A DNA stretch of 56,643 nucleotides, from NCBI GenBank assembly GCA_002457645.1, contig NTKH01000001.1, positions 1 through 56,643 of the forward strand, read 5' to 3'. Shown here one piece after another: positions 1 through 7,132 of this stretch. Position numbers and translations under genes: made by a program. Origin of the DNA: Bacteroidetes bacterium MED-G20 (GTDB lineage: Bacteria; Bacteroidota; Bacteroidia; Flavobacteriales_D; Parvicellaceae). How positions within the stretch are numbered: position 1 is the first letter of the stretch; each line of letters opens with the position of its first letter. Under the pieces are notes generated by a model. That model was not told the DNA's origin. It did no database searches and saw only the letters and a program-made list of their open reading frames with translations.

Positions 1-139
1 CTAAAACGCTGTATAGACACGTACCATCATCTTTTGTAACGCTTGAATCATAATTAATGGCGTCTGGGTCATTACACCCTTCTTTACCACAACTTCCCAA
101 TAACACTATTGAGAACATAAATACTATAAGTTTCTTCAT
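1..139 (-). CDS. lipoprotein of unknown function; only the N-terminal 46 codons are in the window (the ORF runs off the left edge)
   Basis: Hand translation of the reverse strand from the ATG at 139..137 gives MKKLIVFMFSIVLLGSCGKEGCNDPDAINYDSSVTKDDGTCLYSVL..., with no stop before position 1. It has a signal peptide plus lipobox LLGSC. It shares the motif GC-x-DP-x-A-x-NY-x(5-6)-DDG-x-C with ORF 2131..2643. Confidence 0.55.
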   Translation of the reverse strand, partial: MKKLIVFMFSIVLLGSCGKEGCNDPDAINYDSSVTKDDGTCLYSVL

Positions 140-180
140 TTTATAAGTTTTAAACCATTAAAGTAAGAAAAAAGACTGAA

Positions 181-204
181 AGTGTAAAAGTGTAAAAGTG
201 TAAG
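181..204. repeat. tandem direct repeat, 3 x 8 nt (agtgtaaa agtgtaaa agtgtaag)
   Basis: Read directly from the sequence. It lies 42-65 nt upstream of the reverse-strand ATG at 139. Confidence 0.8.
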
Positions 205-249
205 GGGGTTCCCTCGCCATTTCGGCTAAAAACACTAAAAAACCTGCAA

Positions 250-271
250 TTTGTGGAGAGTTTGTGGAGAG
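250..271. repeat. tandem direct repeat, 2 x 11 nt (tttgtggagag tttgtggagag)
   Basis: Read directly from the sequence. The 8-mer tgtggaga recurs at 311..318, which is the 3' end of tRNA-Ala. ggagag (266..271) and ctctcc (286..291) can form a hairpin. Confidence 0.8.
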
Positions 272-312
272 TCTTGACAAAAAAACTCTCCTAAACCCTT
301 ATTTTACAGATG

Positions 313-386
313 TGGAGAAGACCAGATTCGAACTGGCGACCTCTTGACTGCCAGTCAAGCGCTCTAGCCAACTGAGCTACATCCCC
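313..386 (-). tRNA. tRNA-Ala (anticodon GGC)
   Basis: The reverse complement folds by hand as a cloverleaf: GGGGATG TA GCTC AGTTGGCTA GAGC G CTTGA CTGGCAG TCAAG AGGTC GCCAG TTCGAAT CTGGT CTTCTCC A. It has the G3:U70 Ala identity pair and one U6-U67 mismatch. No CCA is encoded. Confidence 0.9.
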
Positions 387-417
387 TATTAATGGTGAAA
401 ATAGTTAATTAATTCTA

Positions 418-1833
418 TTACTGCTTTGTAATTATTGCGTTTTGATAGGCTACTGATCCTTTTACCTTCACTATGTACATCCCCTTGGGCCAATTAGTCG
501 TGATCAATTCTATATTTTGCACATTAGATTTATTTATAAGTAGTTTTCCATCCATAGTATATACTGATAATTTAACTTTCTCGTTTAACTGTATATTTAA
601 TTTATTTGTAAAAGGGTTTGGGTAAATATCGTATGAAATTAAATTTCGGTTTGTTAAAGACGAAATATTACATGGGGTCCTTAGCGTTTGGAACCAATTA
701 AAAGCTGAAGATAAAGCTGGTAAAATACATCCTCCATGATCATTATCCCCCATATTCACAGCCTGAACATCTAAAGCGCCATTATTATTCATAGTACTTT
801 CAGCAATTAGAGCATTGGTATAGGCAATCTGCTCATCTGCTGTACAATAATACATTCTCAAAGGATTTAATGGAAGCCAATCATAATTATCATTGTCAAT
901 AAGTGCACGCCACCAAGGATGATTTTTATTGATCGAATCATTTATAAAATTATTTAAGCAGGTGTCTCTAATTAATAAATTCATCTGGTTTGGAATAAGA
1001 CTATTTAATAATCCCATATCCAATGTAGTATTGTTCCCACTAAAAAAAGGAGGAACAATTGTATCGTATGGAGAATAGAGTACATCAGACCAAGAATTAA
1101 ATATATTGCCATAAGCCAATTGATATGACGCAAGCAGATAAACAATATATCCAGGGTTTGAATAAGGTGTTGGAGCAATAATTGTATCAGCCATTATCCC
1201 AGAAAGATCATATGGCCCAGAAGAAGGGGCTGATGCCACAATATTGAATTCTGACTGTAAACTCTCGTCTTTAATAAACTTAGTTGTAGCCATACAGGCA
1301 TGCCCTCCTTGTGAGTATCCTGTTAGAAATAGCTCATTATTATCGACAAAATTGGTAGTAGTTAAATATTCTCTTGCTGCTCTGATCATATCTATAGATG
1401 CGGTAGCTTCCGATTTAGCATGGACATAAGGATGAAAACCTGGACTGTCACCCATCCCAATATAGTCAGGCATACAAACAAAATACCCTCCTGCAGAAAA
1501 AACTTTACCAATAATTGCTTCTGGATTATTATTTGAAGGAACATCATTTTTTCTTAAAGTAGTCCCATGATTGTAAACTGCAAAAGGAAAATCAGTGCAA
1601 GTTGTGTTGGTTGGAATAAAGAAAGCTCCAGTAGCAATTATGGACAAACTATCTGTATCTACTGTATTATAGGTTAACTTATACATTTTAACATCATAAT
1701 CTAGATTAAGACCTGTAGCTCCAGATAAAAAATTACTTGATGAAATTCCTAAATATATACACGATACTAAGTACTGGGAATGAAAAAAAGTATTTGATAA
1801 AACAAATACCAATAAAAAAAGGAAGTACTTCAA
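418..1833 (-). CDS. secreted alpha/beta-hydrolase (lipase/esterase-like) with a T9SS C-terminal sorting domain
   Basis: 471-aa ORF with an N-terminal signal peptide and the nucleophile-elbow motif GYSQGG. The C-terminal ~80 aa (YDIYPNPFTNKLNIQL...VKV...) looks like a Por/T9SS secretion CTD. Confidence 0.8.
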   Translation of the reverse strand: MKYFLFLLVFVLSNTFFHSQYLVSCIYLGISSSNFLSGATGLNLDYDVKMYKLTYNTVDTDSLSIIATGAFFIPTNTTCTDFPFAVYNHGTTLRKNDVPSNNNPEAIIGKVFSAGGYFVCMPDYIGMGDSPGFHPYVHAKSEATASIDMIRAAREYLTTTNFVDNNELFLTGYSQGGHACMATTKFIKDESLQSEFNIVASAPSSGPYDLSGIMADTIIAPTPYSNPGYIVYLLASYQLAYGNIFNSWSDVLYSPYDTIVPPFFSGNNTTLDMGLLNSLIPNQMNLLIRDTCLNNFINDSINKNHPWWRALIDNDNYDWLPLNPLRMYYCTADEQIAYTNALIAESTMNNNGALDVQAVNMGDNDHGGCILPALSSAFNWFQTLRTPCNISSLTNRNLISYDIYPNPFTNKLNIQLNEKVKLSVYTMDGKLLINKSNVQNIELITTNWPKGMYIVKVKGSVAYQNAIITKQ

Positions 1834-2130
1834 AACAATGTAAAGCTATACTTTTTTAGGAAGCGTCCAAATGAAGGTTAATGTTAAACCTAAGATGAAA
1901 AGAAGAAAAGGAGCTATAAACATATAGTTAATTTACTAATAACGTTAAAGTAACCTAATTAACTTAATCCTACAAATTTGTTTGTAATAAAAGATACAAA
2001 AGTTATAAACTTTTATTATGTAACTTTAGGTAGCAGTATCTACAAAGACTTAGCTCTTAATTTTTTCTAACTATGTATGGAATTAATTTATAATTCATGA
2101 TTTAAGTTTAAATTATGAAAGTAATGTATG

Positions 2131-2643
2131 CTAAAGAAAGGTTGACTTTATCTCATCTATTGACATAAATTCTAATTCAGGATTTATTTTTCGAGCAGAA
2201 TTTTTTATCAAGAAAGCTCTAAAACCTAATGTCACCTCAGTACTCCAATAATAATTGTTACCAGTAGAAACTTCATCAGTGTAAATATAAATATCACCAT
2301 TATTATCTCCATACTCGCCCCACAATAAAACACCAGTTGAAACAACAGGTAGTGGTGACCAATAATTAAAAGTTGGGTCACTTAAATGCTCAAGAATTAT
2401 AACATCTCCTTGAACATAATTAAATAAGGGCTCATAAGTTGAAAATGAATTATTCGGACCAAATGTTAATGTAAATTCTTCTTCAAAAAGAGTTTGAGTA
2501 GGAAGTATACAGCTACCATCGTCAGTAACTGCTAGAGTAGAGTAATTTAAAGCATTTGGATCAGTACATCCGCCATTCCCGCATGAGCTAATCGAAAGTA
2601 AAATAATTACTATTGTAGATATTTTTCTCAAATAAATTTTCAT
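2131..2643 (-). CDS. lipoprotein of unknown function
   Basis: 170-aa ORF with lipobox LSISSC followed by GNGGCTDPNALNYSTLAVTDDGSC, the same Cys-bracketed motif as the truncated ORF at 1..139. Confidence 0.7.
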   Translation of the reverse strand: MKIYLRKISTIVIILLSISSCGNGGCTDPNALNYSTLAVTDDGSCILPTQTLFEEEFTLTFGPNNSFSTYEPLFNYVQGDVIILEHLSDPTFNYWSPLPVVSTGVLLWGEYGDNNGDIYIYTDEVSTGNNYYWSTEVTLGFRAFLIKNSARKINPELEFMSIDEIKSTFL

Positions 2644-2787
2644 AATTTTTTTTATTGAATTTAAAAAAAAGATAGAGAGTTATTAAATTTTTAAATAATT
2701 TTTTTAATTAAACTTTTGCGGACTTATAATTTAAGAACATATAGATACATAGATTAAAAAAATAAGATGCTGATTTACAATTTAAAC

Positions 2788-2823
2788 AAAAAAAAGGGAG
2801 TTGGAATTTTTTTTGAAACTCCC
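2788..2823 (-). terminator. rho-independent terminator downstream of the CAT-anticodon tRNA
   Basis: On the reverse strand: GGGAGTT, a 14-nt loop, AACTCCC, then T8 (plus-strand gggagtt 2796..2802, aactccc 2817..2823, a-run 2788..2795). Confidence 0.6.
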
Positions 2824-2834
2824 TGATATTAAAG

Positions 2835-2908
2835 TGGGCCCAGAAGGGCTCGAACCTTCGACCCCCTGATTATGAGTCAGGTGCTCTAACCAACTGAGCT
2901 ATGGGCCC
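2835..2908 (-). tRNA. tRNA with anticodon CAT: elongator tRNA-Met or lysidine-dependent tRNA-Ile2, not an initiator
   Basis: The reverse complement is GGGCCCA TA GCTC AGTTGGTTA GAGC A CCTGA CTCATAA TCAGG GGGTC GAAGG TTCGAGC CCTTC TGGGCCC A. The 1:72 pair is G-C and the anticodon stem lacks three consecutive G-C pairs, so it is not tRNA-fMet. The GGGCC acceptor stem is Ile-like. Confidence 0.9.
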
Positions 2909-3202
2909 TAACTTAATCAAAATGAATAGTTTAAGTTTGGCTGTAATAGGATGCTTAATATTGTAATCTCAAAAATTGATCTAATATTTTAGCAAATTAT
3001 TAATTTCCAAAATTAATAAAATGGACTGCAAATGTAAAATAAAAATTGAGAAAAGGGTAGGTTCGAAAGCTCGAGATTAATAGATGGTTGATTTATTATT
3101 TTGCCATTTCTTGTTATATATTTTTTAAAAAATTAAAGATTATTTAATTTATATTTTGTATTCTAAACCATTTCATTATTTAAATTTATTATAAAAAACA
3201 AA

Positions 3203-3472
3203 ATGAATTTAATTATAAAAGTATCTAGTGACAATTACGATGAATGGAGAAAAGTATTTGATGGTCATAAAGAAAGGGCAAAAGTTTGTGACGAATCAAA
3301 AACTACAGTAGGCAAAATTGATGATAAAACTTGTATTGTTATGATGTATGAGGTAGATATGAATGGATTACAAGAATTAATGTCTTCAGAATATTTACAA
3401 AGAATGACTAAAGAATTAAGTATTGTTAATGAAGAAATGCATTCTTTTGAACCACTTACACCAACACAGTAA
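3203..3472 (+). CDS. small hypothetical protein (89 aa)
   Basis: Isolated ORF with plausible composition and no signal peptide. I do not recognise a family with confidence. Confidence 0.55.
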   Translation: MNLIIKVSSDNYDEWRKVFDGHKERAKVCDESKTTVGKIDDKTCIVMMYEVDMNGLQELMSSEYLQRMTKELSIVNEEMHSFEPLTPTQ

Positions 3473-3728
3473 ATAGTATCCCATATAATTCTTTTTTTTT
3501 GTGTAACAAAAACTTCGTTTTGTTTAACAAATGTTCAACAAAGTTAAACAAGTATTAAAAAATTAGTATTTTAATGGAAAATATAAAAATGAATATCGTA
3601 TTACTATTTTGGATATTATGTTTTTCAAGCATAATAGGTTACCTAATAAACAACAAGGAAATCATAAATAAAGGAAAAATCACCTCTAAGGTACTAAACA
3701 AAAATAACCGAAACGAAGAGTTTTAATT

Positions 3729-5669
3729 CTATTTTATATTCCATTTTATCCCTCCCATTAACCACCTTCCGGGCATTTTTGCTCCCAAAATATTTTGATA
3801 TATTGTGTTGGTAATATTAATTAATTGAATATTTACAAAAATCCCTTTATCAATCTCATACCCAATTCTACCATTTAATAAAGTATAATTTCTAACGAGG
3901 GTTGAGGAAATAGACTCTGCAATTTGAGTACTTCTCTCTTTATAAATTCCTGATAGTGAAAATTGAAATGAATGGTATTTAAAATTGCCCTGAGCAACCA
4001 TAAGGTGTTTAGCAAAGGTAGATAAATAAATCCCCAGATTATCACTAGTAATATCAGTAAAAGTATATCCTAAATGTCCATGGAAGTAATTACCATCTGC
4101 CAAAGAAACTTTAGTGTTTAACTCTATCTCCAGACCATTTATATTAACCTCTTTAATGTTTTTTGCAAAAAGATAATTAGCTCCTTGTTCTAAGACGGCT
4201 TCTCCTTGACTAATAGATCCGATTTCACTCTCATTAGTCAAAATATAATCTATTATATTATTGGACTGTCTACTAAATACAGTTGCTTTAAATAAAGTAT
4301 TTTTAAATGGGTAGTAGTTAATTCCAATCTCTTCTGACCAACCTCTCTCTGCTCTTAAATTTGGGTTTCCTAACCTTATGTACGTTTTTAAAGCGAGATT
4401 ATTATTATATCTTTCTGTATAATCTGCAGCTCTTATACTTTTTCCAGCAGAAGCTCTAAATACAATATTATTTAAAATGTAAGAAGCACTTAATTGGGGA
4501 CAAAATTCAAAGCCATAATTTTGATCATAATCTTCTCGGAAAATAGATGTTAATACCAAATTGTTTGACTTATAAACACCCATTATATATCCACCAAAAT
4601 GATAATCGCTATGATTTCCTCTATCATTGCTTTCTATTTTTCTTAAATCTCCTTGTAAACCTGATTTTAATTTGAATTTATCTTTAATCATTTTTGAACC
4701 ATTGATAGTGAAATTCATAAAATCCATATAATGTTGATTAGGAGTTCCTAAAGGAGTATAAAGAAATTCATCTGTACTTCTTTTGTAGCTTGCATTAATA
4801 TCTAAAATGGCTCCTTTAGTTGTTTCTCTTACAAACTGTACTCTGTTAAACCAGTTGGATGTAGTTTCAGTTGATTTATCTGATGAATAATTTGTATAAA
4901 AATATCTTGCATTAAAATCGCTAGAAAGAATCGAGGACCTGAACTTCATTTCCCATAATTTATTTATTTTATATCCTCCAGAAAGACTGATATTTTTAAT
5001 ATCAAAATAATTTCGGTATCCCTCTAAAGAAGTTGTAGAGTCAACTTTAACAGGTGGAATACTGTCCCCAATAGACTGATTTAAAGATAAGCCTAAGCCA
5101 AAGTAAAATTTATTAGACTTATGAAAAATACCAGCAGTTGAGTTTATTAATTTGTGAGCTCCATAATTTATGGTTCCTGAAGAAGAAGTTCCATCTTTTA
5201 AAGAATCAAAACCTTTAGTAATTATATTAATTACTCCCCCAACAGCATCAGGACCATACATAGAAGCTCCAGCCCCCTTAAGGATTTCGATTCTTTCAAT
5301 TTCCATGTTAGAAACTGGAACATAGCAATTGAAATGACCAGTTAGTGGGTCATTTATTCTCATTCCATCTATTAAGACTAAAACTTGTGAAAAAGTAGAC
5401 CCTCTCATCACAATATCACCTTGGACACCAAAACCACCACGAGATTGAATTTCAACACCAGAAATGGTTTGCAGCAGTTCATAAAAAGTAGTGGCTGGTA
5501 ACTCTTGAATTTGTTCTTTAGTAAGAATGTTAATACTTCTACCCGTCTCATTTACTTTAAGAGGAATCCTTGTGGTTTGCACTATTAAAGTATCTAAACT
5601 AAAACTATTTTGAGACCTAAAACTAACAACTAGAAAAATAATAATTAGGATGCTTAAAAAGTTTTTCAA
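3729..5669 (-). CDS. TonB-dependent outer-membrane receptor (small, BtuB/siderophore-receptor size)
   Basis: 646-aa ORF with a signal peptide. It has plug-domain motifs (GVEIQSRGG...IVMRGS...VLVLIDGMRINDP, IEILKGAGASMYGPDAVGGVINIITK), an aromatic-rich beta-barrel and a C-terminal ...GGIKWNIK. Confidence 0.9.
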   Translation of the reverse strand: MKNFLSILIIIFLVVSFRSQNSFSLDTLIVQTTRIPLKVNETGRSINILTKEQIQELPATTFYELLQTISGVEIQSRGGFGVQGDIVMRGSTFSQVLVLIDGMRINDPLTGHFNCYVPVSNMEIERIEILKGAGASMYGPDAVGGVINIITKGFDSLKDGTSSSGTINYGAHKLINSTAGIFHKSNKFYFGLGLSLNQSIGDSIPPVKVDSTTSLEGYRNYFDIKNISLSGGYKINKLWEMKFRSSILSSDFNARYFYTNYSSDKSTETTSNWFNRVQFVRETTKGAILDINASYKRSTDEFLYTPLGTPNQHYMDFMNFTINGSKMIKDKFKLKSGLQGDLRKIESNDRGNHSDYHFGGYIMGVYKSNNLVLTSIFREDYDQNYGFEFCPQLSASYILNNIVFRASAGKSIRAADYTERYNNNLALKTYIRLGNPNLRAERGWSEEIGINYYPFKNTLFKATVFSRQSNNIIDYILTNESEIGSISQGEAVLEQGANYLFAKNIKEVNINGLEIELNTKVSLADGNYFHGHLGYTFTDITSDNLGIYLSTFAKHLMVAQGNFKYHSFQFSLSGIYKERSTQIAESISSTLVRNYTLLNGRIGYEIDKGIFVNIQLINITNTIYQNILGAKMPGRWLMGGIKWNIK

Positions 5670-5748
5670 AATTAATTTATGTTTAAATTTTCTTTAATAT
5701 ATCTAAATTCAACGCAATTTTAATACTTTGTTTTCATTAATTGAAAGT

Positions 5749-6390
5749 ATGACAAAAATTAAAAATATAATATTTGATTTGGGAGGAGTAATCTTAAACC
5801 TAGATTATTCAAAAACAGTTGAGGAATTCAATAAAATAGGGTTTTTTAATTTTGAAAAAGTATACAACCAAAAAAAGCAATCTAAAATATTTGATGATTT
5901 TGAAAAAGGTGAAATTTCCAATGATAAATTCATCTCATTAATACAGCAATCTGAAAAATTAAAAATAGATGAAAACGATTTTATTAATGCATGGAATGCA
6001 ATGCTTTTAGAAATTCCAAAAGAAAGAATAGAATTCATCAAAAAGTTAAAAAAAGATTACAATATATTTTTATTGAGTAATACTAACGAAATTCATATTA
6101 AAAAATTTGAAGCTGATTTGAGAAAAAAAAATTGGTTAAATGATTTTCAAAATTGCTTTGAACAAATATATTATTCTTCTAACATTGGGATGAGAAAGCC
6201 TGATGAAGATTGCTTTATTAAAATCATTGAAGATCATAATTTAATAGCCCATGAAACATTATTTATTGATGATTCTATTCAGCATATAGAGGGAGCAAAA
6301 AAAGTAGGTATTAATGCATTTCTTCTTAAAAAAGAAAATACTATTCTTCAGCTTGTTCCTGACATAATTCAATCAGAACACCACAAGTAG
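5749..6390 (+). CDS. HAD-superfamily hydrolase (subfamily IA-like)
   Basis: HAD motif I IIFDLGGVI, motif II LLSNTN and motif IV FIDDS. The track ORF starts at a TTG at 5728; the ATG at 5749 (MTKIKNIIFDLGG) is the more likely start. Confidence 0.85.
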   Translation: MTKIKNIIFDLGGVILNLDYSKTVEEFNKIGFFNFEKVYNQKKQSKIFDDFEKGEISNDKFISLIQQSEKLKIDENDFINAWNAMLLEIPKERIEFIKKLKKDYNIFLLSNTNEIHIKKFEADLRKKNWLNDFQNCFEQIYYSSNIGMRKPDEDCFIKIIEDHNLIAHETLFIDDSIQHIEGAKKVGINAFLLKKENTILQLVPDIIQSEHHK

Positions 6391-6748
6391 TTTTTGGATG
6401 AAGAAAACATATTAATTTTTGATCGGCTCCTTTTTTAACATCTCCAATAGCCTCAAAACCTAACGCTATTAGTCTACTAAGTTCTTGATGAATATCGTCT
6501 ACATGAAATGCCAAATGATGCATTCCTTGGCCTTTTTTAGAAAGAAACTTACTTATTGGGCTGCTTTGGTTTATGGTCTCTAATAATTCAATTTTGATTT
6601 CGCCTAATTGATAAAAATGTGTTTTTACACCTTCCGAGCTAACCAGCTCTGACTTATAAGATCTCTTATCCAACAATTTATCGAAAACTGCCATACTTGA
6701 ATTAACATTATCTATGGCTATTCCAATATGTTCAATTTTTTTTATCAT
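6341..6748 (-). CDS. mce: methylmalonyl-CoA epimerase (VOC/glyoxalase-fold)
   Basis: 135 aa with IEHIGIAIDN...GMHHLAFHVDDI...HPKTTCGVLIELCQ, which is typical epimerase length and motifs. Confidence 0.8.
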   Translation of the reverse strand: MIKKIEHIGIAIDNVNSSMAVFDKLLDKRSYKSELVSSEGVKTHFYQLGEIKIELLETINQSSPISKFLSKKGQGMHHLAFHVDDIHQELSRLIALGFEAIGDVKKGADQKLICFLHPKTTCGVLIELCQEQAEE

Positions 6749-6869
6749 ATTATATGTTTGATTATTTCTAATTTAAAAAAATTAAGCCATCAAAAACCTT
6801 GTCATAGTATAAAATCATAGAATATGACGTTTAACAAATTTGTTTAAAATATACTTTTATCTATAAACT

Positions 6870-6900
6870 TTTGCTTAATCTTTAAATAGAACTAATTTTG
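6870..6900 (+). promoter_or_regulatory. candidate Bacteroidota-type promoter (-33 TTTG / -7 TAnnTTTG)
   Basis: TTTG at 6870..6873 and TAATTTTG at 6893..6900 are separated by 19 nt, 27 nt upstream of the ATG at 6928. Confidence 0.35.
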
Positions 6901-6927
6901 ATTCAAATTAATTCTTAATTAACTCTA

Positions 6928-7110
6928 ATGTTTGGACTTTTTAAAAAAAAATCAGAAAAAGAAACACTCCTTAAAAAGTATAAAACACTCACTGAAGAAG
7001 CATTTAAACTGTCCCACTCGAACCGTACTGCTAGTGATGCTAAAACAAAAGAAGCTAACGACATTCTAGAAAAAATAAAGGCTTTAGAAGTCCAAGAAGA
7101 AGGTGAATAG
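6928..7110 (+). CDS. small Lys/Glu-rich conserved flavobacterial protein (resembles what I recall as the Lacal_2735 family)
   Basis: 60 aa beginning MFGLFKKKSEKE, helical and charged, immediately upstream of rnr. Confidence 0.55.
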   Translation: MFGLFKKKSEKETLLKKYKTLTEEAFKLSHSNRTASDAKTKEANDILEKIKALEVQEEGE

Positions 7111-7132
7111 TACTTACTGTATTTAACTCAAT

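Noticed and set aside
181-271. Possible CRISPR array or minisatellite
   Set aside because: The repeat units are only 8 and 11 nt, directly tandem with no spacers, and there are only 2-3 copies. No cas genes are in the window. I report them as simple tandem repeats instead.
1846-1923. 25-codon hydrophobic mini-ORF (MFIAPFLLFILGLTLTFIWTLPKKV) on the reverse strand upstream of the lipase gene
   Set aside because: It is too short to support from sequence alone in a genome where AT-rich spacers give random short ORFs. There is no conservation evidence.
1-3202. Genomic island or integrative element at the two tRNA genes
   Set aside because: No integrase, excisionase, transposase or phage gene lies next to either tRNA. 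Apart from the short tRNA-end echo, I see no long direct repeat of a tRNA 3' segment. Composition matches the neighbouring core genes.
3574-3726. 50-codon ORF on the plus strand (MENIKMNIVLLFWILCFSSIIGYLINNKEIINKGKITSKVLNKNNRNEEF) with one predicted TM helix
   Set aside because: It could be a small membrane protein, but it is below the track threshold and has no recognisable family or conservation data. Left uncalled; worth a tblastn check.
5670-5727. Cobalamin or other riboswitch upstream of the BtuB-sized TonB-dependent receptor
   Set aside because: The upstream spacer is only ~58 nt, extremely AT-rich and has no B12-box-like or structured element. It is too short for any known riboswitch.
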